Shown piece after piece: positions 17,252 to 27,224 of a DNA stretch of 28,129 nt. A model generated the notes under the pieces. The model saw nothing but the letters and a program-made list of their open reading frames with translations. It ran no database searches and was not told where the DNA came from. The translations under genes and the position numbers were made by a program. The stretch comes from Flavobacteriales bacterium (GTDB taxonomy: Bacteria; Bacteroidota; Bacteroidia; Flavobacteriales; Flavobacteriaceae), in contig JALWYR010000023.1 in assembly GCA_027003085.1 (NCBI GenBank), forward strand, positions 1-28,129. The letters run 5' to 3'. Every line of letters starts with the position of its first letter. Position 1 is the stretch's first letter.

Positions 17252-17875
17252 ATGGGGAAAACCGAATTATTGGAACAGGGCTTGGCACTTCCGGTGATGG
17301 AAACCTTCGTCTCCATTCAAGGCGAGGGTTTTCATACGGGGAAACCGGCATTTTTTATGCGTATCGGCGGTTGCGATGTGGGTTGCCATTGGTGTGATGT
17401 GAAGGAAAGTTGGGACCCTGCACGGCATCCGTTGGTGGCTGTGGATGATGTGTTGGTTCAAATTCCGCCGCAACTCGAAACAGTGGTCATTACCGGCGGC
17501 GAACCGTTGGGCTATAACTTGGAATATTTGACCGCCCGCTTGTGCGAAGCCGGCAAAAAAATTCATCTCGAAACTTCGGGAACCGAAACTTTTAGCGGCC
17601 GTTTCGATTGGGTTTGCCTGTCGCCCAAAAAATTTTCGGCACCCTTGCCGCAAAGCTATGCCCTTGCCGATGAACTGAAAATCATTGTTTTCGATAAAAC
17701 GGATTTTGACTTTGCCCGCCAACAAGCCCGGATGGTGGGGCCTGAGGTGCATTTGTTTCTTCAACCCGAATGGAGCCGCAGGAATAAGGTGTTACCTTTG
17801 ATAACGGCCTTTTTGGAGGAAAATCCCGGCTGGCGGTTGTCTTTACAAACGCATAAATACATAGGACTTCCGTAA
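17252..17875 (+). CDS. queE: 7-carboxy-7-deazaguanine synthase (radical SAM, queuosine pathway)
   Basis: SIQGEG, radical SAM CDVGCHWCD, VITGGEP, ETSGT, LQPEW, LSLQTHKYIG. Confidence 0.95.
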   Translation: MGKTELLEQGLALPVMETFVSIQGEGFHTGKPAFFMRIGGCDVGCHWCDVKESWDPARHPLVAVDDVLVQIPPQLETVVITGGEPLGYNLEYLTARLCEAGKKIHLETSGTETFSGRFDWVCLSPKKFSAPLPQSYALADELKIIVFDKTDFDFARQQARMVGPEVHLFLQPEWSRRNKVLPLITAFLEENPGWRLSLQTHKYIGLP

Positions 17876-17923
17876 GATACGACGGATGCTGTTTTTTTCC
17901 GCTTTATTGTCCGATATTTTTAT

Positions 17924-17931
17924 TAACTTTG
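17924..17931 (+). promoter_or_regulatory. -7 promoter element for ompA
   Basis: TAACTTTG 33 bp upstream of ATG 17965. Confidence 0.7.
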
Positions 17932-17964
17932 TGCTAAACCAATTATTTCAAAAAAATGCACATT

Positions 17965-19326
17965 ATGAAAACCTTGCAAAAACTCGCGTTGACCTTGGTC
18001 TTGGTCTTGACCTGGGGTATTTCCCGGGGACAAAACGATTCCTATCCCTGGCAAATCAACATCGGGACCAATGCCGTGGACTTCTATCCCGCATCCAACG
18101 GGCAGTATCCTTACTTGGGGCAAAAACTTTTTGACAACTTTTTTAATGTAGGTGATCATTACAATATTGCCTATGCCCTGAGCCAATTCCGCGTGGCCCG
18201 TTATTTGGGCGGTAATTTCAGTTTGATGGGCGTTTTGTCGGTAAATGATATCACGCACTTGGGCAATAAAGACGTTAGTCAGGCCTTTTGGAGCGTCGAT
18301 TTGGATATGAAATACGCACTTATTCACAAAAGCGGTTACAAATTCGATCCGTATTTACTCTTAGGTGGAGGTTATACTTGGTATGGCTACAATGATGCCG
18401 GTACCCTTAATGCCGGATTGGGTTTCAACTGCTGGATGAGCGACAATTTCGGCTTTTATGTGGAAAGTACCTACAAACGTTCGTTCGACCCCAATGTGCA
18501 TAACTATTTCCAACATTCGGCCGGTATCGCTTTGCGTCTGGGTGCCAAAGACAGTGATGGCGACGGCATTGTGGATAAAAAAGATGAATGTCCGCAAACC
18601 CCCGGTTTGGAAAAATTCAACGGTTGCCCCGATACCGACGGTGACGGCATTCCCGACAAGGACGACAATTGCCCCAAACTGGCCGGTGATGCCGCCCACG
18701 GCGGATGCCCCGACAGCGACGGCGACGGTGTAATCGACCCCAACGACAAATGTCCGCAAACCGCCGGTTTGGCCCGTTTCAACGGATGCCCCGATACCGA
18801 TGGCGACGGTGTTATCGATAAAGACGACCAATGTCCCAAAGTGGCCGGCCCTGTGGCTAACCAAGGTTGTCCTTGGCCCGACCGCGATAAAGACGGCGTA
18901 GCCGACAAAGACGACCTCTGCCCCGACACGCCGGGCTTGAAAACCAACAAAGGTTGTCCGCAAATCACCAAGGAAGAACAAGCCAAACTCAACGAATACG
19001 CCAAAACCATTTACTTCAAAACCGCCAGTGCAGAGTTTACGGCCAAAACCATTCCCGTTTTGGACGCTATTGTGGTGATTATGAAAAAATATCCCGCATC
19101 CAAATTCCGCATCGAAGGACACACCGACAGCGTGGGTAGTGACGATTACAATATGAAACTCTCCCAACGCCGTGCCGATGCCGTTAAGCAATACCTGATT
19201 GACCACGGTATCGATGCCGGACGTTTGGAAGCCCAAGGATTCGGTGAAACCCGTCCGGTGGCCTCCAACAAAACCCGCTCCGGCCGCGCCAAAAACCGTC
19301 GTGTGGAAATTATTCTGATTCAATAA
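17965..19326 (+). CDS. ompA: OmpA family outer membrane protein with thrombospondin type-3 repeats
   Basis: Start re-called to 17965 (signal peptide ending SRG-Q); beta-barrel N-domain; five DxDGDG..D..D.CP repeats; peptidoglycan-binding [21 protein letters not shown]. Confidence 0.92.
   Translation: MKTLQKLALTLVLVLTWGISRGQNDSYPWQINIGTNAVDFYPASNGQYPYLGQKLFDNFFNVGDHYNIAYALSQFRVARYLGGNFSLMGVLSVNDITHLGNKDVSQAFWSVDLDMKYALIHKSGYKFDPYLLLGGGYTWYGYNDAGTLNAGLGFNCWMSDNFGFYVESTYKRSFDPNVHNYFQHSAGIALRLGAKDSDGDGIVDKKDECPQTPGLEKFNGCPDTDGDGIPDKDDNCPKLAGDAAHGGCPDSDGDGVIDPNDKCPQTAGLARFNGCPDTDGDGVIDKDDQCPKVAGPVANQGCPWPDRDKDGVADKDDLCPDTPGLKTNKGCPQITKEEQAKLNEYAKTIYFKTASAEFTAKTIPVLDAIVVIMKKYPASKFRIEGHTDSVGSDDYNMKLSQRRADAVKQYLIDHGIDAGRLEAQGFGETRPVASNKTRSGRAKNRRVEIILIQ
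18550..18960 (+). repeat. Five in-frame TSP3 (Ca-binding) repeats within ompA, 81 bp period
   Basis: Asp codons opening each repeat at 18550, 18631, 18712, 18793 and 18880. Confidence 0.9.
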
Positions 19327-19348
19327 TTCCCAATCCTCGAATTTATTC

Positions 19349-19383
19349 GAAAAGGCCCTCCGCAGGAGGGTCTTTTCTTTTTT
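19349..19383 (+). terminator. Intrinsic terminator after ompA
   Basis: GAAAAGGCCCTCC-GCA-GGAGGGTCTTTTC followed by a T run. Confidence 0.85.
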
Positions 19384-19419
19384 TGCTAATTTTACCGGAG
19401 AAATGATTACCACTTTGCT

Positions 19420-19878
19420 ATGAAACGTGCCGTTTTTCCGGGCTCATTCGACCCCATTACCTTGGGCCACACCGATGTGATAGACCGGGCTTTGGAACTT
19501 TTTGACGAAATCATCGTTGCCGTGGGCATCAATGTGGACAAAAAATATATGTTCGACACCGGAAAACGTTTGGAAATGATCCGGGCCGTCTACGGCCGGA
19601 ATCCCAAAATACGCATCGATGCCTACCGGGGACTTACGGTGGATTATTGCCATCGGCAAAAGGCCGACTTTATTTTGCGCGGGCTGCGTAATCCGCAGGA
19701 TTTCGAATTCGAGAAAGCCATTGCCCAAACCAACAGGAAACTGGGAGGCGTGGAAACGGTGTTTTTTCTAACGGGCATCGAAACCTCGCACATCAGTTCC
19801 AGCATTGTGCGGGATATTTTACGCAACGGTGGCAAGGTGGATCAATTGGTCCCGGCGCAAATTATTCCTTATCTTTGA
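19420..19878 (+). CDS. coaD: Pantetheine-phosphate adenylyltransferase
   Basis: FPGSFDPITLGH, RGLR..DFEFE, ISSSIVR. Confidence 0.97.
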   Translation: MKRAVFPGSFDPITLGHTDVIDRALELFDEIIVAVGINVDKKYMFDTGKRLEMIRAVYGRNPKIRIDAYRGLTVDYCHRQKADFILRGLRNPQDFEFEKAIAQTNRKLGGVETVFFLTGIETSHISSSIVRDILRNGGKVDQLVPAQIIPYL

Positions 19879-19891
19879 AAAACATGCTTTT

Positions 19892-20782
19892 ATGCGACTG
19901 GCAGCCGTTTTTTCGCGTTATTATCCCGATACCGATTATCAATACTTGATTGAAATGCTACGGCACTTGGAAACCGAAGGTTTCCGTTTGGCCGTAGAAC
20001 ATAATTTTGCCGCCCATCTCAAAACACTTTGGCAGCCGGAAAAACCTTGGCAGAGTTTTCAAGGTTACAAGGATTTGCCGCGCGAAACTGAGCTTTTTAT
20101 TACCTACGGCGGCGACGGAACCATTCTTCGTGCGGCCACCATTGTGCGCGACACCGGCATTCCGCTGATGGGTATCAATGCCGGACGTTTGGGTTTTTTG
20201 GCCGATATACCCAAAGAAAGCATTACGATGGCTTTGGATAAATATTTAGCCGGCGCCTATTATGTTCAACCCCGCAGTTTATTGGCTGTGGAAACCACGC
20301 CCGAAATGCCCAAAATCAAAGAATTGAACTTTGCCCTGAACGAACTGACCGTTACCCGGAAAAATTCCACGTCTATGATTAGCGTTGAGGTCTCGGTCAA
20401 CGGGGAGTTTCTCAGCACCTACTGGGCCGACGGTTTGATTATTTCCACACCCACGGGTTCCACCGGCTATTCGCTTAGCTGCGGCGGGCCGATTCTTACA
20501 CCCGACACGCGCGGAATGATTATCAATGCCATTGCACCGCACAACCTGACGGTGCGGCCGTTGGTGCTTCCCGACCATTATGAAATTAACCTGGTACCGG
20601 ACGGGCGCGAAAAGGAATTTTTGCTCTCCTTGGATTCGCGCGTGGCCAGTATCCCTTTCGGAACCCGCATAACGGTCAAAAGGGCGGGATTCAAGATGAA
20701 TTTTATCCGTCTGGAAGAATACACTTTTATCCGCACCTTGCGACGAAAATTATTTTGGGGCTATGACAATAGAAACACCTGA
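19892..20782 (+). CDS. nadK: NAD kinase
   Basis: Start re-called to ATG 19892; GGDGTIL, GINAGRLGFL, LNE, DGLIISTPTGSTGYSLSCGGP. Confidence 0.96.
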   Translation: MRLAAVFSRYYPDTDYQYLIEMLRHLETEGFRLAVEHNFAAHLKTLWQPEKPWQSFQGYKDLPRETELFITYGGDGTILRAATIVRDTGIPLMGINAGRLGFLADIPKESITMALDKYLAGAYYVQPRSLLAVETTPEMPKIKELNFALNELTVTRKNSTSMISVEVSVNGEFLSTYWADGLIISTPTGSTGYSLSCGGPILTPDTRGMIINAIAPHNLTVRPLVLPDHYEINLVPDGREKEFLLSLDSRVASIPFGTRITVKRAGFKMNFIRLEEYTFIRTLRRKLFWGYDNRNT

Positions 20783-20809
20783 TTTACGTTATTATTGACA
20801 CAATATTTC

Positions 20810-20817
20810 TATATTTG
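20810..20817 (+). promoter_or_regulatory. -7 promoter element for the porG-uppS-bamA-skp operon
   Basis: TATATTTG 24 bp upstream of ATG 20842. Confidence 0.7.
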
Positions 20818-20841
20818 CAGGCATTTCATATATCATTGTAA

Positions 20842-21525
20842 ATGAAATTATTTCCCGTTTTGCTAAGTATTTTTATGAGCTTGAACTTTTGGGGTTTACA
20901 AGCCCAGGTATATGAGTTCGGATTAACGGGAGGCGGAAATAATATCATAAGCGACATCGGCTGCGACGATTTTGTCCGTCCCGACGGATTTTATGCGTCG
21001 GGTTATTACCGGTGGAATATCAATCCGTGGTATAGCTTGCGCATCAATGGCACCTATTCGCAATGGCAACTGGCCGACAGCCGGTCGGCAAATGCCGGAA
21101 AGCGACTTCGAAACTGGAATTCCTCGGGCGACATTAAGGACATCAGCGTTTTGCTGGAATATAATTTTTTGCCGCTCAATCCTTTCAAGCGTCCGGTGCG
21201 GAAACTTATTGTGGTAACACCTTATTTGATGACCGGTGTAGGCTACTACATAACCACTGCACAAGTCCAAGGTTATAATTTTAGAGACGGAGCTTATACC
21301 TTACCTGTGGGTTTCGGTATCAAATTTTCGATAACGCGCCGGCTGAAATTTCATTACGAATTATTGCTTCGTTACACTTTTTCGGACAATTTGGACGGTT
21401 CGCGCACAGTCGATAATAACGTCATTCCATTGAGCAACCCTTGGAGTAAGGATTGGTTTATGACCAATGGCATCGGATTTTCCTACGGATTCGGCAAATT
21501 GCCCTGTTATTTAAATGTATTTTGA
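20842..21525 (+). CDS. porG: PorG-like / DUF6089 small outer membrane beta-barrel (T9SS-associated)
   Basis: Signal peptide ending LQA-Q, alternating beta-strand pattern, LPVGFGIKF, RYTFSDNLDG, YGFG..PCY tail. Position upstream of uppS-bamA-skp-skp matches the known Bacteroidota porG operon. Confidence 0.75.
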   Translation: MKLFPVLLSIFMSLNFWGLQAQVYEFGLTGGGNNIISDIGCDDFVRPDGFYASGYYRWNINPWYSLRINGTYSQWQLADSRSANAGKRLRNWNSSGDIKDISVLLEYNFLPLNPFKRPVRKLIVVTPYLMTGVGYYITTAQVQGYNFRDGAYTLPVGFGIKFSITRRLKFHYELLLRYTFSDNLDGSRTVDNNVIPLSNPWSKDWFMTNGIGFSYGFGKLPCYLNVF

Positions 21526-21527
21526 CC

Positions 21528-22265
21528 ATGACCGCCAAGCACCCACATATCGATCCGGACAAATTGCCCCGCCATGTAGCCGTTATTATGGATGGCAACG
21601 GCCGGTGGGCCCGTCAACGCGGTCAAAAACGAACCTACGGGCATTTGCACGGCGTGGATGCCGTGCGGCGCACCGTGGAAGCCGCCGGCGAAACGGGAAT
21701 CCCGTTCCTTACGCTCTACGCCTTTTCGACCGAAAATTGGAACCGGCCCCAGGAAGAAGTCAACACCTTGATGAATCTGTTGGCCGAAACCATTGAACGC
21801 GAACAGGATAATTTGATCGAAAAAAATATAAGGCTGCACGTGGCGGGCGATATGGAAAAGTTACCGGCCTACGTAAAGGAAAAATTTGCCGCCATATTGG
21901 AAAAAACATCGCCCGGCCACAGGATGACCTTGACCCTGGCCCTGAATTACGGCGGACGTAACGAAATCGTATCGGCCGTAAACCGGATTTTGGCCGAAGG
22001 CCGGCATCAACAGGTGAGCGAGGAAGTTTTTGAACAATACTTGCAAACCGCCCGCCTGCCCGATGTGGACTTGCTTATACGCACCGGCGGCGAACAGCGC
22101 ATTAGCAACTTCCTGCTATGGAAAGCCGCTTATGCCGAATTGTATTTTACCAACGTGCTTTGGCCCGACTTTACCAAGGACGATTTCCTGACGGCCATTG
22201 CCGACTATCAAAAGCGCGAACGGCGCTTTGGAAAAACAAGCGAACAAATTCAAAACCAACGATGA
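21528..22265 (+). CDS. uppS: Undecaprenyl diphosphate synthase (isoprenyl transferase)
   Basis: Start re-called to 21528; HVAVIMDGNGRWA, YAFSTENWNRP, NYGGR, IRTGGEQRISNFLLW, RERRFG. Confidence 0.97.
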   Translation: MTAKHPHIDPDKLPRHVAVIMDGNGRWARQRGQKRTYGHLHGVDAVRRTVEAAGETGIPFLTLYAFSTENWNRPQEEVNTLMNLLAETIEREQDNLIEKNIRLHVAGDMEKLPAYVKEKFAAILEKTSPGHRMTLTLALNYGGRNEIVSAVNRILAEGRHQQVSEEVFEQYLQTARLPDVDLLIRTGGEQRISNFLLWKAAYAELYFTNVLWPDFTKDDFLTAIADYQKRERRFGKTSEQIQNQR

Positions 22266-24856
22266 TAAAGAAAATTCTCATATTCTTCATTTTTTTAGGC
22301 CTGGCTACCGGCCTCCGGGCCCAACAAGCTGCGTCCAAGTTTTATGTGATCAACGATATTCGTTTCGAAGGACTTTCCTACTACAACCCGCGCACCGTGA
22401 GGGCTTTTATCGGTGTGTCGAAGGGCGATGTGATCGAAGTGCCCGGCACGGTGGCCGCCGACATTATCAACCGGCTTTGGACTTCGGGCGAATTCGAAGA
22501 CGTGGAAGTTTATGTGCAACCCATCGACGATACCAAGGCCGATTTGATTATCAAACTCAAAGAAGTGCCCACGCTTTCCGGAGTAAAATTCAAGGGCATT
22601 CCCAAAAGCAGGGCCAAGTCTTTTATCGAAGACCTGAAATTGGACAAAGGAAAAATTCACGTAACCCGCGATTTACTCAAACGCATCGAGCGGCACGTAA
22701 AGGAACACTATATAGGCAAGGGATACCTGCACGCCGAAGTAAAGGAAAAGGTTATCCCCGACACCATTAAAGGCAAGGCCAAAATTTTGGTAAACGTAAA
22801 CAAAGGCAACCGGGTCAAAATCCGGCAAATCCGTTTTCACGGAAACAATGCTTTCGACAAATTTTTGGTATTCCGCGGCAAGGGCTTTTCCGATTCGCGT
22901 TTGCGTGGCAAGCTCAAAAACACCAAGCGTGTTAATCCTTTCCGTTTTTGGAAGTCATCCAAATTTATTCGCGACAAATACGAAGAAGACAAACACCGTT
23001 TGGTGGAATTTTATCAATCCAAAGGTTACCGGAATGCGCGCATTGTCAAAGACAGCATCTATTGGGTGGGACCCGATGAAATGGGCATCGATTTATGGAT
23101 TAATGAAGGAAAAAAATATTATTTCGGAAACATCGAATTTGTGGGCAATTCGGTTTATTCCGACAAACAATTGAGCAAAGTGCTCGACATCCGCAAGGGT
23201 GATGTTTACAACGGCAAATTACTCAAAGAACGCATTGCCAATCCCAAAAAGCCCGACGGTTTGGATTTGACCAACCTGTATCAAAACAACGGATATTTGT
23301 TTTCGCGCATCACGCCGGTGGAAACGGGTATTCGCGGCGATAGTATTGATTTCGAAATAAGGATTTACGAAGGCAAAATCGCATATTTCAACAACATTAC
23401 CGTTAAGGGCAACGAACGCACCAAGGACTATGTTATTCTGCGCGAAGTGCGCACCTTGCCCGGCGAAAAATACAACAAGGAATTGGTGGTGCGCACGGTG
23501 CGCGAATTGGCCCAATTGGGCTTTTTCAACCCCGAAGCCATCAGCCCTAATTTCAAAAATGTGGATCCGGTCAATGGTCAGGTAGACATCGAATGGAATG
23601 TGGAAGAAGGCGGTGCCAGCCAAATTCAATTGCAGGGCGGCTATGGCGGAAGAACTTTTATTGGCACGGTGATGCTCAATTTGAACAATTTTGCCGGGAG
23701 CGAAATTTTCAAAAAAGGCGCTTGGAAACCCGTTCCGATGGGTGAGGGGCAAAAATTGGGTATCCAGGCCAATTTTTCGGTGTTTTTCGAATATTTCAGT
23801 TTCAATTTCAGCGAGCCGTGGTTGGGGGGCAAAAAACCGCAAGCCCTGTCGCTTTCTATCCATCACTCGAAAAGTTATATGATGAAGGAAAATGAATATA
23901 AACCCGACCGCTCACGAAAATTCCGTATCACGGGGCTTACGTTGTCGCTGAGCAAGCGCTTGCAGTGGCCCGACGACCATTTCCAAATTTCCCATTCGCT
24001 TAGCTTCGACAATTACCGGCTCATTAATTACTACTCCTACGGCAATGCCATTTCAGGTATGTTCGGTTTTAAGGACGGCGTATCGAACAATGTGTATTAC
24101 AACCTGATTTTAGGCAGGACATCCAGCGGACCCAATCCCATTTTCCCTTTGGGCGGTAATGATTTTGTGCTTTCGGTAAAACTTACACCGCCCTATTCGA
24201 TGTTCAGTTCCACCAATTACGCCCATTTGGATCAATTCCCGCAATATCAGGACGAAAACGGTAATCCCGATTACGCCAAAATCAATCAGGCCAAATACCG
24301 TTGGTTGGAATACTACAAAATCAAATTTTCGGGCACTTGGTATACGCAACTTTACAAAAAATTGGTGCTTCGCACCAAAACCGATGTGGGCTTTATGGGG
24401 GCCTACAACAGCGCTTTGGGCGTCCCGCCTTTCGAACGTTTTTACATAGGCGGAAGCGGTATGCAATACGGCGGTTTCTATGATTCGCGCGACATTATTC
24501 CTTTGCGCGGCTACGACGACCTGGCTTTGAACAACGAAGCCCTTTCGGGGCGCAACCAAGGCGGGGTGGTTTACAACAAATTCTCCTTGGAATTGCGCTA
24601 TCCGCTCACGCTCAAACCGCAGGCATCCATTTGGGTTTTGGGCTTTGCCGAAGGGGCCAACACGTTTAGCGACATCCGGCGCTACAATCCTTTTACGCTC
24701 AAACGTTCGGCCGGTGTGGGCTTGCGCGTATTCATGCAAATGTTCGGACTTTTGGGTATCGATTTCGGCTATGGCTTCGACCCGGTTTACAACCGCGCAG
24801 GCGTTCCCGTAAAGCAAGGATGGCATACGCATTTTATTATCAATCAGCAGCTTTAA
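22262..24856 (+). CDS. bamA: Outer membrane protein assembly factor BamA
   Basis: Start re-called to 22262 (ATGA overlap with the uppS stop); signal peptide, POTRA repeats (GNERTKDYVILRE), EPWLGG, L6 motif LRGY, RSAGVGLR, GIDFGYGFD. Confidence 0.96.
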   Translation: MIKKILIFFIFLGLATGLRAQQAASKFYVINDIRFEGLSYYNPRTVRAFIGVSKGDVIEVPGTVAADIINRLWTSGEFEDVEVYVQPIDDTKADLIIKLKEVPTLSGVKFKGIPKSRAKSFIEDLKLDKGKIHVTRDLLKRIERHVKEHYIGKGYLHAEVKEKVIPDTIKGKAKILVNVNKGNRVKIRQIRFHGNNAFDKFLVFRGKGFSDSRLRGKLKNTKRVNPFRFWKSSKFIRDKYEEDKHRLVEFYQSKGYRNARIVKDSIYWVGPDEMGIDLWINEGKKYYFGNIEFVGNSVYSDKQLSKVLDIRKGDVYNGKLLKERIANPKKPDGLDLTNLYQNNGYLFSRITPVETGIRGDSIDFEIRIYEGKIAYFNNITVKGNERTKDYVILREVRTLPGEKYNKELVVRTVRELAQLGFFNPEAISPNFKNVDPVNGQVDIEWNVEEGGASQIQLQGGYGGRTFIGTVMLNLNNFAGSEIFKKGAWKPVPMGEGQKLGIQANFSVFFEYFSFNFSEPWLGGKKPQALSLSIHHSKSYMMKENEYKPDRSRKFRITGLTLSLSKRLQWPDDHFQISHSLSFDNYRLINYYSYGNAISGMFGFKDGVSNNVYYNLILGRTSSGPNPIFPLGGNDFVLSVKLTPPYSMFSSTNYAHLDQFPQYQDENGNPDYAKINQAKYRWLEYYKIKFSGTWYTQLYKKLVLRTKTDVGFMGAYNSALGVPPFERFYIGGSGMQYGGFYDSRDIIPLRGYDDLALNNEALSGRNQGGVVYNKFSLELRYPLTLKPQASIWVLGFAEGANTFSDIRRYNPFTLKRSAGVGLRVFMQMFGLLGIDFGYGFDPVYNRAGVPVKQGWHTHFIINQQL

Positions 24857-24892
24857 CGAGTTTGGTATGATTTTTTCATTAAATTTAGTCCC

Positions 24893-25648
24893 ATGAAAAA
24901 AATTTGGTTCATCACATTGTTATTATTCACCATGGCCGCCCACAGCCAACGGGCCAAGTTACGCATTGCCTACATTGATATGGAAATGATTTTGGACAGC
25001 ATGCCCGAATACAAGCAAGCCATGGAAGAACTCAATATGCGGGTGGTGCAATGGAAAGCCCAAATGGACCGTATGCAAAGCGAAATAGACCGGCTCAAAA
25101 AAGAGCTGGAAGCCGAAAAATTGATGCTCACCAAGGAACTGGTCAAGGAAAAGCAGGAAATAATCGATTTCAAAGAAAAACAATTGACCAAGTTTCAAAT
25201 GGAAAAATTCGGTCCGCAAGGCGATTTGGAATTGCAACGTATGATGATTCTCAAACCCGTTCAGGACCAAGTGTTCAACGCGGTGCAAAAAATCGCCCAA
25301 ACGCGGCACTATGATATTGTTTTCGACAAATCGGATCCGCGGGCCGGAACGGTTTTTATTAATCCCAAACTGAATATTACGCATTTGGTTATTCGTGAAC
25401 TGAAAAAGAAACACCGGCTCGCCGAGCGAAATAAGAAGAAGGAAAAGCAGCACAAGGCCCGTAAAAAAAACGTAAATTTGCAAGAAAAATACGAAGAGCG
25501 CCGCCGAAGGCTTCAAGCCGAGCGCGAAGCACGCAGGAAACAGGAGGAGGAAAAGAAAAATGACGAAAAATCCCAAACTCCGCCTTCACCCGCTTCCGGC
25601 GGAACCGGAAATCAAAATCCGGATAAAGACAAAAAAACCGAAGAATAA
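24893..25648 (+). CDS. skp: OmpH/Skp periplasmic chaperone with charged C-terminal extension
   Basis: RIAYIDME, coiled coil, KFGPQG, KPVQDQVFNAV, YDIVFDKS, then an ~80 aa K/E/R-rich tail. Confidence 0.9.
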   Translation: MKKIWFITLLLFTMAAHSQRAKLRIAYIDMEMILDSMPEYKQAMEELNMRVVQWKAQMDRMQSEIDRLKKELEAEKLMLTKELVKEKQEIIDFKEKQLTKFQMEKFGPQGDLELQRMMILKPVQDQVFNAVQKIAQTRHYDIVFDKSDPRAGTVFINPKLNITHLVIRELKKKHRLAERNKKKEKQHKARKKNVNLQEKYEERRRRLQAEREARRKQEEEKKNDEKSQTPPSPASGGTGNQNPDKDKKTEE

Positions 25649-25678
25649 TTATTTGTTAAACTCATAAAAACCAATTGT

Positions 25679-26182
25679 ATGAAAAAACTAAGTGTACTAC
25701 TGATAGCGTTTTTGATGAGCATGGGTTGGCAAGCCCGGGCACAGCAAAAAATCGCTCATTTGGATGTAGCCAAAATCTTGCAGGAAATGCCCGAATACAA
25801 AAAAGCCGAGGCCGAACTGCAACAACTTTCCCAAACCTACCAAAAGGAATTGGAACAAATGCAAAAGGACTACTACGCCAAATTGCAAAAATACCAGCAG
25901 GAAGCCGCCCAGGTTTCCCAGGAGGAAAACCAACGCCGGGCCGAAGAACTCAAACAAATGGAACAACGTATTATGGAAGCCCAGCAACGTGCCCAACAGG
26001 ATTTGGCACAAAAGCAGGCCGAAAAAATGAAAGCCATACAGGACAAATTGATGGCCGCCGTAAAGGCCGTGGCCAAGGAAAAGGGTTATGATTATGTACT
26101 CGACAGTTCGGCGCCTTCATCCGTTTTGGTAGCCAACGGCCCGGATATTTATAATGATGTGAAGAAGAAATTGGGGATTTAA
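25679..26182 (+). CDS. skp: OmpH/Skp periplasmic chaperone
   Basis: KIAHLD, Q/E/K-rich coiled coil, AVAKEKGYDYVLD, VKKKLGI. Confidence 0.93.
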   Translation: MKKLSVLLIAFLMSMGWQARAQQKIAHLDVAKILQEMPEYKKAEAELQQLSQTYQKELEQMQKDYYAKLQKYQQEAAQVSQEENQRRAEELKQMEQRIMEAQQRAQQDLAQKQAEKMKAIQDKLMAAVKAVAKEKGYDYVLDSSAPSSVLVANGPDIYNDVKKKLGI

Positions 26183-26196
26183 TCCTTGGTAAAAAA

Positions 26197-26230
26197 CAAA
26201 AAAACCTGCCTTTTCCGGCGGGTTTTTTGT
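26197..26230 (+). terminator. Intrinsic terminator after the second skp
   Basis: AAAAAACCTGCC-TTTTCC-GGCGGGTTTTTT. Confidence 0.8.
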
Positions 26231-26242
26231 TGATATTTTGAT

Positions 26243-26250
26243 TATCTTTG
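26243..26250 (+). promoter_or_regulatory. -7 promoter element
   Basis: TATCTTTG 29 bp upstream of ATG 26280. Confidence 0.7.
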
Positions 26251-26279
26251 AATACCGAAAAACTCCAAAACCCAATGCA

Positions 26280-27134
26280 ATGAAAAAAATTACCCTTTTT
26301 GTTTCTCTCCTCTTGGCCCACTTGGCCCAAGCCCAACCCGTAATCACCGCAGTGGTGGACGGAACCTGTACCGGCGGCACTCCCAAAGTAGTGGAAATTT
26401 ACGTCAGGGGCACACATGATTTCACAGGCGATACGCTCCAAGTGCAAGCAAATTCCAATACGACTTGGAGTGGTGGTATCGATCTCGGTAGTTTTGGAAG
26501 TGTTACCGATGATTATGTTTATTATTACAATGATGGTAGTAACGATAATTTTTTGACCGAGTTTCCTTCTGCATCGGGGAAGCCTGCTATTGAAGGGGGA
26601 TTGAGCTTCAATGGCGATGACCGTATACGTATTTTGGCTTCCGACGGCTCGGTAATTGATATTTTTGGTACGGATGGCGTGGATGCCGACGACGATTATT
26701 CGCAAAACGGCATCGATTGGCGCTATCGCGATTCCTGGGCCAAGCGTAACCCCGGCCAAGGACCCAGTGCAACCTTTGATGTGAATCAATGGTCATTCGG
26801 TGGACGTGATGATTTGGACGGTGATTGTAGCGCATCCGACACCACGCCTTTGGAAGACGATATGGGCGGTATTCAATCCTATTTGCGTGTTCAAAACACC
26901 GGTATCGACAACCTGCAAATTTATCCCAATCCCGTATCCGGAGGCGTATTGCATTTAAGTGCGGCACAAAAAATCGCTTCGGTACAAATTTTCGATTTGT
27001 CGGGAAAAGAAATTATGCACATCGATAATGGCTTTGATCATATTGATGTTTCGCAACTTAACAGCGGCATCTATATGGTCAAAGTAACGGCAAACGATGA
27101 TGCCACCGTCTTGGTTAAACTAATGATTGAATAA
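26280..27134 (+). CDS. Small T9SS type A cargo protein with a lamin-tail-like (LTD-like) domain
   Basis: Start re-called to 26280 (MKKITLFVSLLLAHLAQA-Q); DGTCTGGTPKVVEIY, FNGDD..VIDIFG, WRYRDSWAKR; CTD IYPNPVS...GIYMVKV. The LTD-like call is from motif recall. Confidence 0.72.
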   Translation: MKKITLFVSLLLAHLAQAQPVITAVVDGTCTGGTPKVVEIYVRGTHDFTGDTLQVQANSNTTWSGGIDLGSFGSVTDDYVYYYNDGSNDNFLTEFPSASGKPAIEGGLSFNGDDRIRILASDGSVIDIFGTDGVDADDDYSQNGIDWRYRDSWAKRNPGQGPSATFDVNQWSFGGRDDLDGDCSASDTTPLEDDMGGIQSYLRVQNTGIDNLQIYPNPVSGGVLHLSAAQKIASVQIFDLSGKEIMHIDNGFDHIDVSQLNSGIYMVKVTANDDATVLVKLMIE

Positions 27135-27152
27135 TAGCGTTTTTTTCTTTTC

Positions 27153-27181
27153 AACGCCACCGCGAACCGGTGGCGTTTTTT
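27153..27181 (+). terminator. Intrinsic terminator
   Basis: AACGCCACCG-CGAAC-CGGTGGCGTT followed by a T run. Confidence 0.85.
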
Positions 27182-27224
27182 ATTTGTGATATTTGTCTTA
27201 TTTTTGGTAAAAATTCCTTTTAAA

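Noticed and set aside
18361-19413. 350 aa ORF antisense to ompA
   Set aside because: It mirrors the ompA codons in register, is Val/Gly-rich with no family motif, and is expected from codon bias.
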